DNA of 64,000 bases, from positions 1,440,001 through 1,504,000 of the forward strand of contig OZ242005.1 of assembly GCA_965204725.1 (NCBI GenBank), read 5' to 3'. This DNA is from Candidatus Latescibacterota bacterium. GTDB taxonomy: Bacteria; Latescibacterota; UBA2968; UBA8231. Below are positions 10,844-19,866 of this stretch, piece by piece (positions within the stretch are counted from its first letter, which is position 1; each line of letters starts with the position of its first letter). A program made the position numbers and the translations under genes. The notes beneath the pieces are model-generated. The model ran no database searches and was not told the DNA's origin. It worked only from the letters and a program-made list of their open reading frames with translations.

Positions 10844-11832
10844 CAGAGGGCGGCGAGGACTTTGGTGCCTTCCGAGTCGAAGCGGAAAGGCATCTCGCGC
10901 AGACCTTGTTGGGCCATGGCGGCGCGCAGCTTGGTGCGGTGTTCAGTCGGGCAATAGAACATGAGGAAACCCCCGCCGCCGGCCCCTAGCAGCTTGCCGC
11001 CGAGGGCACCGGCCGCGCGGCCGGCCGCGTACCAGCGATCGATGTCCGCAGTGGATATCTGCTGCGCCCGCTGCTTTTTGGCGACCCAGTGCTCGTGGAG
11101 TAATTCGCCGAAGCGTTCGAGCGCGTCCCGTTCGAGGGCCTCCTTGATCTGGTAGCCGATCTGCTTGGTCTGATGCAGGCTGTCTAGGACGCGGTCGTCG
11201 CCTTGTTGGGTGTTTTGGTTTTGTTGCGCGAGGATGTCCGAGCTCTCGCGCCGGATGCCGGTAAAAAAGACCAGCATGTTGGCGGCTAGGGCCTCAGCCG
11301 TGGGTGCGGAGATCGCCAGTGGCGCGACTGCGACGCGCCCGCTGGGGTCGATGTCGAGGCAAGTCAGGCCGCCGAAGACTCCTAAGTAGTGGTCGTGTTT
11401 GCCCGCTGGCTGGGCGGCCCGCACCGTTTCGATGTAGTGGGCTTCCTCGGCTAGTGCTTGGGGCGCGGGCTGTTCGCGCTTATAGGCGTGGAGCGCGGCC
11501 AGCAGCGCCACGGTGAACGCACCCGAAGAGCCTAGGCCGGTGCGGCCCGGCACATCGGACATCGCGCTTATTTCAAGCCCGCCCTCAATCCCGGCGTACA
11601 GCAGGGCCTCGCGCAGCAGGGAGTGTTGGATCTGGCCGGGCGCATCGACCGTTTCGGTCCGTGAGTACTTGACGCGAATGAAGTCTTCCACCTTGAGATC
11701 GTTGACTTGGATATAGACGTATTTGTCAATGCCCGCGCTGAGTATAAAGCCTCCGTAGTTGGCGTAATAGGACGCGAGGTCGGTGCCGCCACCGCCGAGC
11801 GAGATGCGCAGCGGTGCTCTGGTGAGGATCAA
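10843..11832 (-). CDS. GHMP sugar kinase, D-glycero-D-manno-heptose-7-P kinase (HddA)-like
   Basis: RAPLRISLGGGGTD, GLGSSG, GKLLGAGGGGF motifs. Confidence 0.88.
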   Translation of the reverse strand: MILTRAPLRISLGGGGTDLASYYANYGGFILSAGIDKYVYIQVNDLKVEDFIRVKYSRTETVDAPGQIQHSLLREALLYAGIEGGLEISAMSDVPGRTGLGSSGAFTVALLAALHAYKREQPAPQALAEEAHYIETVRAAQPAGKHDHYLGVFGGLTCLDIDPSGRVAVAPLAISAPTAEALAANMLVFFTGIRRESSDILAQQNQNTQQGDDRVLDSLHQTKQIGYQIKEALERDALERFGELLHEHWVAKKQRAQQISTADIDRWYAAGRAAGALGGKLLGAGGGGFLMFYCPTEHRTKLRAAMAQQGLREMPFRFDSEGTKVLAAL

Positions 11833-11844
11833 ACTAGCCTCGTT

Positions 11845-12564
11845 TCAAGGAAGGGTAAAAGCCGCCGAGTCCACGCACTGACAGGCGTGGCGGTAGCGTT
11901 CTGGCGTATCGGTTGAAAGGATCTGCCCGCGCAGGGGATGCCCGCGCAGGGGGCAGCCGGCCGCGAGCAAGTCGGCGAAGACCTCGCTGAAGTCGCAGGG
12001 GGTGTCGGGCGGGATGTAGTCGAGGATTTCGGGTTGGAGGGCGTAGATTCCGGCGTTGACCCAATAGTCGTCGAATACTTGGTCGGCTTGGGGTTTTTCG
12101 ACGAAGCGGTTGATGCGGTGGTGCGCGTCGAGGCCGACGATGCCCCGCGTGGTCGGGTCGTCCATCCGCACCAGCCCGACGGTGGCGATCGCGCCCTCGC
12201 GCTGGTGGGTTTGCCACAAGTCGCTTAGGTCGAAGTTGGTCAGATTGTCTCCATAGTACATTAAAAAAGGCCCGTCGAAGAAGTCGGCCACGTGCCGGGC
12301 GGCACCCGCAGTGCCGAGCAAGTCGTTCTCCCGCGAATAGGCAATCGACACCCCCCAGGCCCGGCCATCGCCGAAATAGTCGGCAATGACTTGGGGCAAG
12401 TGATGGAGGTTGATGACGAGGTCGTCGAACCCGTGCCGAGTCAACAGGCGCACGACGTATTCGAGCAGGGGTTTGCCGGCAAAGGGGACCATGGGCTTGG
12501 GCATCGCGTCGGTGAGTGGACGCAGCCGCGTGCCGCGCCCCGCGGCTAGGATCATCGCCTTCAC
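11845..12564 (-). CDS. sugar-1-phosphate nucleotidyltransferase (HddC/Man-1-P guanylyltransferase-like)
   Basis: VKAMILAAGRGTRLRPLT..PKP, LGTAG, FVEKP. Start trimmed to GTG 12564, which overlaps the upstream stop (GTGA). Confidence 0.9.
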   Translation of the reverse strand: MKAMILAAGRGTRLRPLTDAMPKPMVPFAGKPLLEYVVRLLTRHGFDDLVINLHHLPQVIADYFGDGRAWGVSIAYSRENDLLGTAGAARHVADFFDGPFLMYYGDNLTNFDLSDLWQTHQREGAIATVGLVRMDDPTTRGIVGLDAHHRINRFVEKPQADQVFDDYWVNAGIYALQPEILDYIPPDTPCDFSEVFADLLAAGCPLRGHPLRGQILSTDTPERYRHACQCVDSAAFTLP

Positions 12565-13676
12565 GTGCGCGCCCGGCGGAGAACGTTGGCGGCCCGCATG
12601 TTCGCTTGGGCCGCCGCGTAGAAGTCGGCGAGGTCGGGCTGTTTTTGGACCCACTCGATGTATTCGCCAATGGTCTGTTCGAGCGGGGCTTGGGGCCGCC
12701 AGCCGAGGGCTTGCAGGGCCTCGCCGGAGGAAACCGTGTGGCGGGTGTCGCCAAAGCGGTATTCGCCGCTTACGAGCGGTTCGATGGCCCGCCCGGCCAT
12801 GCGCGTTACGAGCTCGGCGTATTCGAGGACGGTGGTGCCGTGCTGCCCGGCGACGTTGAAGGAGCAAAAATCAGCGCGCTCGTCTTGGAGACAGAGGACA
12901 TTGGCGCGGGCCACGTCGCCGACATAGACGTAGTCGCGTAGCGATTGGCCGTCTTCGTAGCAGACGGGCGGTTGGTCGTGCAAGACGCGGAGGGCAAAAA
13001 TTCGGCCGACGCCCGAATAGGCGTTAAAAAAGGAGTTGCGCGGCCCTTGGACGATGGAGTAGCGCATATTGACGGTGGGAATGTCGTATTTGCGGCCGAG
13101 GCTGAAGGAGGTCAGCTCGGCGGCGTATTTGGAGATGCCGTAGGGGGTGTGGGGGTTGGCGGTGTCTTCGGTGATCGGCTGGTGTTCGAGGACCGCGGCG
13201 CAGTGGGGGCAGCGGACCTCCCACTCGGCGCGGGCGAGTTGCGCGTCGGGGCGGGCGTTGGGATAGACGATGCCGTGCTCGCCGCAGCGGTACTTGCCCT
13301 CGCCATAGACGGCTTGCGACGAGGCCAAGACCACTTTCTGCACGGGCAATTTGTGGGCGACGATCAGCTCGTAGAGCAGGGTCGCGCCGACCGTGTTGAC
13401 GTGGTGGAAGGTGGAAAAGTCGGGCATGTAGTCTTGGTAGGCCGCTAGGTGAATGACGCCGTCGATGCCGTCGAGGGCGGCCAGCCAGTCGGCGCGTTGG
13501 CGCACGTCGCCGCGCACCTTTTCTACGCCTGCGGGCAGATAGGCGGGCCAGCCTGCGGGGTGAACCCGCTCTTGGAGGGCGTCGAGGATGCGGACTTGGT
13601 AGCCCGCGGCAACGAGGCGATCTACGGTGTGCGAGCCGATAAAGCCCGCACCCCCTGTGACTAGGATATGGCGCAT
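12561..13676 (-). CDS. NAD-dependent NDP-sugar epimerase/dehydratase with Cys-rich insert
   Basis: TGGAGFIG, SSQAVYG, YGISK; CGEH...CPHC insert as in WbiB-like epimerases. Confidence 0.92.
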   Translation of the reverse strand: MRHILVTGGAGFIGSHTVDRLVAAGYQVRILDALQERVHPAGWPAYLPAGVEKVRGDVRQRADWLAALDGIDGVIHLAAYQDYMPDFSTFHHVNTVGATLLYELIVAHKLPVQKVVLASSQAVYGEGKYRCGEHGIVYPNARPDAQLARAEWEVRCPHCAAVLEHQPITEDTANPHTPYGISKYAAELTSFSLGRKYDIPTVNMRYSIVQGPRNSFFNAYSGVGRIFALRVLHDQPPVCYEDGQSLRDYVYVGDVARANVLCLQDERADFCSFNVAGQHGTTVLEYAELVTRMAGRAIEPLVSGEYRFGDTRHTVSSGEALQALGWRPQAPLEQTIGEYIEWVQKQPDLADFYAAAQANMRAANVLRRART

Positions 13677-13842
13677 GCGTTGGAGGTGGGGATTATTTCG
13701 CGGGGGTTGTTCCTGCCATAGTAAGGACCAAAAAGTATCTTATCGGCCCGGTCGGGGCAAACCGGCCAAAAGGCGGCGGGAAACCCGAACTTGGAGCGCG
13801 GCGAGGGCAGGAATGGAATGATGTGCAGGGGGGCGTCCGGTA

Positions 13843-15811
13843 TCACCGGCCCGGCGAAAGTTCCGCTTCCCAGACGGTGCGGTTTTCTTTGGAAATCCAC
13901 TGGCCGACCCGGATGCGGCTGATGGCGTAGGCGGGGAGATGGGCGGTCGCGATACACTGGTCGCCGCGCCGCCAACCGCGCCGCATGTTCTCCAAGTCGA
14001 AATAGAAGCCGAGGTTGTCAAAACCGTACTCCTTGCGGTAGGCTGGCAGGTCGGCCGGGTCGGTCGGGGTGACGTGCAAAATGAACTTCGCCTGCGTATC
14101 CGCCGGGGCGCACGGCTTTTTGAGATAAGTCAGCTTGCGTCCGTTGCGGTACACGTCCCAGACGGAGTGGACCACCCGCTCGCCAGCCTGTTCGATGAGT
14201 TGCTCTATGTAGCGTTCTTTCCGAGCGCGATGCTTGTCCGCATCGAACGGTTCGGCCGCCGTGGCGCGGAAGACAACGCCGTCGGCCAGTTCGGCCACGG
14301 TTTCCAGCCCGGGCAGGACGCGGGAAACTCCGGAACCAAACGATATGCGCGTCAGTGCTGTCTGTGGTCCACCGAATCCTGTTCTGCGCTAACCGAGAAA
14401 GAGGGGATTTTCCCGAACTTCTTGGGGCGGCGGTCCGGTCGTAAAACCAAGCAATCTGGTACTTTCCTGGGGCGGCGGTCCGGTCATAAAACCAAGCAAG
14501 TTTTATGTTGGTGTAAATCGTGCCAGCGATGGGGTTGTCTCGGATGTAGGACAAGGTCTCGGAATGTTGCCAATAGGCGGCGGCGGCGTTGAACGTCCGG
14601 TCTGTGTGCCCGGCTATCGCTTGGTCGGTAAGAATTCGGTTTCTGTCCGTCGAGAAGCCTAAGTGGGCGAGGGTGGCCAGCAAGACGAGGGATGCCAGCC
14701 CGTAGCGGATGGGCACCATCCAGCCCGCAGACTCCATGGACAGGAACCGGTCTAGCAGAAACACCGCTGCCAGTAGCAGCGGCACGTATATCGGCATCAA
14801 ATAGCGGCTGTCGATGTCATGATCAACCGTGAAGGGCACGACCGCGACCATGAATACGATGTAGATTACGGCGAACACCCCGAATGGGAGAGCCGGCGTG
14901 GCCTCTGGGTCCGGCCGGTGACCGCGAAGGACGGCCGCCGCGCTGGCGAGGATGACCGTGGCGACCGCTGGCCATAGCAGATAAGCAAACCCATCCGGCG
15001 AGTACAAGGGGACGACCCACTTATGGAACACCTCAACGGTTTGGCGCAGCCCATCGGAGAGGGACTGCCCCGAAGGATGCTCTCTGTAGCCTGTTGCTCG
15101 AGTCAGGTTCCCGGTGACCGCCCAATTGTGCGCCAATACCGCCAGCAAGGGCAGGGACGAGACCGCGCCAAAGACAACGGTATGCCTTAGCCGGGCGAGG
15201 GGCAGCAGCAGCAAGACGCCGGTGCCAATCAGGACTACGCCCACATAGCGGGTTATCGCGGCCAGCGCGGTGAAAACCGCCGCCCACCACAGGGGCGCGG
15301 CCGTCTTGCGGTGGAGGAAGGCCGCCAACTGCGTCAAGGCGAGGAGCGTCAACAGGAAGAAGAGGGCCTCGGTCTGGAGGACGGCCCCCCAATGGTTCAA
15401 GGGCACGGAGGTCGCGATGATCGCGGTAGCCGCCAGCGCGAGCAGCCGCGACCGGAGATTTGAGCTCAGCCAGACCCCCGCGACGAGGATGGTCAGCCCA
15501 AAGATAATGGCGTTGACCCACCGACCTGCCTCCAGCGGGTCGATGCCAACCCAACCGAAGGCTGCCAGCAATAGGGGGAACAAGGGCGGGTATAATGTCA
15601 GCGGTTCGCCCGTGAAATCCCGCCAGCCCTCTCCGGCGAGGAAGTTCAGGGCCGTAGAAAGGTAAACGGTGGCGTCCGGGGAGACCACGGCGCCGTAGGT
15701 GGCGGTGCGGACGAGGATGTGCGCGGTGCCCAGCCCGGCGAGGACGACGATGAGCAGGGTGGTGTGGTCGCGCCCGAACCGGGCGATCTTCTCGAATGCG
15801 GAGTGCTTCAT
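13843..15811 (-). pseudogene. array copy 1, frameshifted near 14323
   Basis: After HIVWFRSF about a dozen codons are missing and RVLPGLETVAEL continues in another frame (ORFs 14018..15811 and 13843..14298). Confidence 0.75.
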
Positions 15812-15835
15812 TTCAAATCATTTAGGATGGCTATA
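15812..15835 (-). repeat. 24-bp inter-copy spacer TATAGCNATCCTAMATGANTTGAA (also 17807, 21862, 29085, 31458, 37433)
   Basis: Six near-identical copies lie exactly between a TGA stop and the next ATG (MKHSA...). Confidence 0.92.
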
Positions 15836-17806
15836 TCACCGGCTCGGCGTCAACTCTGCTTCCCAGACGGTGCGGTTCTCTGCGGGAATCCACTGGCCGA
15901 TATAGATGCGGTCGATGGCGTAGGCGGGGAGTGGGACGATTGCGATACATTGGTCGTCGATTTGCTCGCCGCGCCAGTTGAAAAGGAAGTCGAGATTTTC
16001 AGAAATGTACTGTTGGCGGTAGGCTGGCAGGTTCGCCGGGTCGGCGGGGACGACGTGTAGAACGAACTTCGCCCGCACGTCCGCGGGGGCGCACGGCTCT
16101 TTGAGGTAGGTCAGCTTGCGTCCGGTGCGGTACACGCTCCAGCCGGCGTGGACCACTCGCTCGCTGGCCTGTTGGATGAGTTGGTCTATGTAGCGTTGTT
16201 TGCGGGCGCGATGCCTTTTCGCGTCGAAGGGTTCGTACGCCGTGCGGCGGAACACGACGCCGTCGGCCAGTTCGGCCACGGTTTCCACCCCGGGCAAGAG
16301 ACGGAGGTCCGTGTCGTCGTAGCTGAGAAAAGATCGATGATAGAATTTATCAAACCAAACGATATGCGCCCCGGCCTCGATTGTGGGCCACCCCATCTCG
16401 CGCGGAATGCTTAGGTACTTGCCCGGGGCGACGGTCCCATCCGCAAACCAAGCAAGGGATTTCTTGTTGCTGTAAACCCGGCCCTCAACGCGGTTATCCC
16501 GGAGGGAGCGGATGTAATTCAGGGTCTCGGACTGTTGCCAATAGGGGGTGTTGTACATCCAGTCTTGTCCGTGCCCGACGTCCCATACTTTGGCGGTACG
16601 ACGGAGGTTTTCTCCCGTCGAGAAGCCGACGTGGGCGAGGGTGGCGAGCAAGACGAGGGCTGCGAGACTGTAGCGGATGGCACCGATCCAACTCGCCGCG
16701 ATGGATAGGAACCGATCGAGCAAGAACACGGCCGTCAACAGCAGCGGCACGTGTATCGGCAGCAAGTAGCGGGTGTTGATTATCTGCTCAACCGTCAAGG
16801 GCACGACGACGACCATGAATGCGAGGTAGGTCAAGACGAACCCCCCGAATGGGATCGCCGGCCTCAAGCGGAAATAGGCCGGCGCGGCTTTTTGGTCCGG
16901 CCGGAGGGCGCGAAGGATGACCACGGCACTGGCGAGGACGGTCGCCGCGACCGCCAGCCACAGCAGATAGGTAAGTCCAGCCGGCGCGTTGGGGAGGACG
17001 GTCCACTCGTGGAACACATCGACGATCTGGCGTAGCCCGTCGGCTAGGGACTGCCCCGAAGGGCTTACTGGCCCTGTTCTGTCCCCTGTTGCCCGGGCCA
17101 GATTCCCGGTGACCGCCCAGTTGCGCGCCAATACCGCCAGCAAGGGCAGGGACGAGATCACGCCGAAGATGAGGGTCTGCCTTAGCCGGGCAAAGGGCAG
17201 CAGGATGAGGACGCCAGCGGCGATTAGGGCCACGCCCGGATAGCGGGTCAGCGCGGCCAGCGCGGTGAAAACTGCCGCCCACCACAGGGACGCGGTCGTC
17301 CGCCGGTTGAGGAAGGCCGCCAACTGGATCAAGGCGAGGAGCGCAAGCAGGACGAGAAGGGGATCGGTCCTGAGGCGGGGTGCCCAATAGTTCAAGGGCA
17401 GGGAGGCCGCGATGATTGCGGTGGCGGCCAGCACCAGCCACTGCGACCGGAGATTTGAGCGCAGCCAGCACCCGGCGGCGAGGATGATCAGCCCGAAGGC
17501 CGCGGCGTAGATCAATCGACCCGCGACCAGCGGCTCGACGCCGACCCAACCACCGGCCGCCAGCAACAGGGGGAGCAAGGGCGGCCATCCTGTCAGCGGT
17601 TGGCCCGTGAAATCCCGCAAGCCTTCGCCGGCGAGGAAGTTCAGGGCCGTAGAAAGGAAAGCGGTGGCGTCCATGTCGATCTCCGCGCCGTAAGGGGCGG
17701 TGCGGACGAGGATGTGGGCGGTGCCTAGCCCGGCGATAAGGACGATGAGCAGGGTGGTGCGGTCGCGCCCGAACCGGGCGATCTTCTCGAATGCGGAGTG
17801 CTTCAT
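15836..17806 (-). CDS. array copy 2, GT-C-like membrane protein, one C-terminal domain
   Basis: 656 aa; loop EIDMDATAF; shared motifs. Confidence 0.85.
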   Translation of the reverse strand: MKHSAFEKIARFGRDRTTLLIVLIAGLGTAHILVRTAPYGAEIDMDATAFLSTALNFLAGEGLRDFTGQPLTGWPPLLPLLLAAGGWVGVEPLVAGRLIYAAAFGLIILAAGCWLRSNLRSQWLVLAATAIIAASLPLNYWAPRLRTDPLLVLLALLALIQLAAFLNRRTTASLWWAAVFTALAALTRYPGVALIAAGVLILLPFARLRQTLIFGVISSLPLLAVLARNWAVTGNLARATGDRTGPVSPSGQSLADGLRQIVDVFHEWTVLPNAPAGLTYLLWLAVAATVLASAVVILRALRPDQKAAPAYFRLRPAIPFGGFVLTYLAFMVVVVPLTVEQIINTRYLLPIHVPLLLTAVFLLDRFLSIAASWIGAIRYSLAALVLLATLAHVGFSTGENLRRTAKVWDVGHGQDWMYNTPYWQQSETLNYIRSLRDNRVEGRVYSNKKSLAWFADGTVAPGKYLSIPREMGWPTIEAGAHIVWFDKFYHRSFLSYDDTDLRLLPGVETVAELADGVVFRRTAYEPFDAKRHRARKQRYIDQLIQQASERVVHAGWSVYRTGRKLTYLKEPCAPADVRAKFVLHVVPADPANLPAYRQQYISENLDFLFNWRGEQIDDQCIAIVPLPAYAIDRIYIGQWIPAENRTVWEAELTPSR

Positions 17807-17830
17807 TTCAAATCATTTAGGATTGCTATA

Positions 17831-19852
17831 TCACCGGCTCGGCGTCAACTCCGCTTCCCAGAGGGTGCGGTTGTCTCTGGAAATCCACTGGCCGATATGG
17901 ATGCGGTCGATGGGGTAGGCGGGGAGATGGGCGATAGCGATGCACTGGTCGCCGAGCCGGAAGCCGAGGGATTTATAAAGCAAGTTATAGTGGAAATAGA
18001 AGTCGAGATTCTCCGAACCGTACTGTTGGCGGTGGGCTGGCAGGTCGGCCGGGTCGGCGGGGACGACGTGCAAAACGAACTTGGCCTGCACGTCGGCGGG
18101 GGCGCACGGCTTTTTGCGGTAGATCAGCGTGCGTTCGGTGCGGTACACGGTCCAGCCAGCGCGGACCACTCGCTCGCTGGCCTGTTGGATGAGTTGATCT
18201 ATGTAGCGTTGTTTTCGAGCGCGATGCCTGTCTTCGTCGAAGGGTTCGTACGCGGTGCGGCGGAGTACGAGGCCGTCGGGCAGTTCGGCCACGACTTCCA
18301 CGCCGGGCAAGAGCCGGAAGTCCAAGTCGTCGTAGCGGAAAAATCCTTGATGATAGGGCTCATTAAGGCAAACGATATGCGCCCCGGCCTCGATCTCGGC
18401 CTGCCCCATCTTGTGCGTGATTATTCGGTACGTTCTCAACTTTCTTAGGGCGGCAGTCCGATCCCAAAACCAAGCAAGCTCTCCCCTGTTGCTGTAAATC
18501 GTGCCCTCAATAGGGTTATCCCGGATGTACTTCAGGGTCTCGGAATGTTGCCAGCGGGCGTACCTGTATTGGGTGACATAAGCTTGGGCGGTACGGCGGA
18601 GGTTTGCTCGCGCCGAGCAGCCGACGTGGACGAGGGCGGCCAGCACGACGAGGGACGCCAGCCCGTAGCGGACAGCCGCCATCCAGCCCGCCGCCTCAAT
18701 GCACAGGAACCGGTCCAGCAAAAACACCGCCACCAACAGCAACGGTACATACACCGGCACCAGGTAACGTAAGGGGAACTCACCAACGGGGGACACGAGC
18801 GGCACGATGGTGACGATGAATACGAGGTAGGCTACGGCGAACCCCCCGAATGGGAGCACCGGCCCCAACCCGAAGGAGGGCGACTTGCCGCCCCTGCCGA
18901 AGCCGCGGCCAGCCCAAACGACGACTGCCCCCGCTGCCAGAACGACTAGCCCGGCCACCATCCACAGGAGATAACCCAACCCGTCCGGCGCGTTCGGGGG
19001 AATCGCCCAATCCCGGAATCCATCCGCCATTTGGCTCAGCCAATCGGACAGGGACAGCCCCGACTCTGTTCTCGGCCCGGTCAGGGTCCCGGAGACCGCC
19101 CAGTTGCGCGTCAGCACCCCTGCGAGGGGGATGGATGAGACGGCCCCAAATACGATGGCGTACTTTAACCGGGCGGCCAGCGGCGGGGCGCGATGCACCA
19201 GCAGCACGAGGACGCCGACGCCGACCAGCACCACGCCCGCATAGCGGGTTATTGCGGCTAGCGCGGTGAAAACTGCCGCCCACCACAGGGGCGCGTCCGT
19301 CCGCCGATTGAGGAAGGCCGCCAACTGCATCAAGGCGAGGAGCGTAAACAGGACGAAGAGCGTCTCGGTCAAGAAGCGTGCCGCGAGATCGCTCAGGGGC
19401 CGGGAGGCCGCGATGATCGCGGTGGCGGCCAGCACCAGCCACCGCAACCGGAGATTTGAGCGCAGCCAGCATCCCGCGGCAAGGATGGTCAGCCCGAAGG
19501 CGGTGGCGTTGATCCACCGACCCGCTTCCAGCGGCTCGATGCCGACCCAGCCGAAGGCGACCAGCGACAGGGGGAACAAGGGCGGCCAAGTCGCCATCGG
19601 ACGGTCCGCGAAATCCCGCCAGCCCTCTCCGGCGAGGAAGTTCAGGGCCGTAGAAAGGTAAGCTACGGAGTCCGGGCTGACCGCGGCACCGTAGGTGGCG
19701 GTGCGGACGAGGATGTTCGCGGCGCCCAGCCCAGCGAGGAGGACGATGAGCAGGATGCAGGGGTCGCGCCAGAAGCGGAATTCCCCTCCCCTCGTCTGTG
19801 TGTCATGCTGAGCGTAGCGCAGTCGAAGCATCTCTATAGGCTTTCGAGTCAT
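17831..19852 (-). CDS. array copy 3, N-terminus derived from repeat element
   Basis: 673 aa; loop AVSPDSVAY; start uncertain. Confidence 0.82.
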   Translation of the reverse strand: MTRKPIEMLRLRYAQHDTQTRGGEFRFWRDPCILLIVLLAGLGAANILVRTATYGAAVSPDSVAYLSTALNFLAGEGWRDFADRPMATWPPLFPLSLVAFGWVGIEPLEAGRWINATAFGLTILAAGCWLRSNLRLRWLVLAATAIIAASRPLSDLAARFLTETLFVLFTLLALMQLAAFLNRRTDAPLWWAAVFTALAAITRYAGVVLVGVGVLVLLVHRAPPLAARLKYAIVFGAVSSIPLAGVLTRNWAVSGTLTGPRTESGLSLSDWLSQMADGFRDWAIPPNAPDGLGYLLWMVAGLVVLAAGAVVVWAGRGFGRGGKSPSFGLGPVLPFGGFAVAYLVFIVTIVPLVSPVGEFPLRYLVPVYVPLLLVAVFLLDRFLCIEAAGWMAAVRYGLASLVVLAALVHVGCSARANLRRTAQAYVTQYRYARWQHSETLKYIRDNPIEGTIYSNRGELAWFWDRTAALRKLRTYRIITHKMGQAEIEAGAHIVCLNEPYHQGFFRYDDLDFRLLPGVEVVAELPDGLVLRRTAYEPFDEDRHRARKQRYIDQLIQQASERVVRAGWTVYRTERTLIYRKKPCAPADVQAKFVLHVVPADPADLPAHRQQYGSENLDFYFHYNLLYKSLGFRLGDQCIAIAHLPAYPIDRIHIGQWISRDNRTLWEAELTPSR

Positions 19853-19866
19853 GTAGGATTGCTATA
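19793..19866. repeat. partial copy of the palindromic repeat element
   Basis: CGTCTGTGTGTCATGCTGAGCG...CGAAGCATCTCTA matches 56256-56304. Confidence 0.85.
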
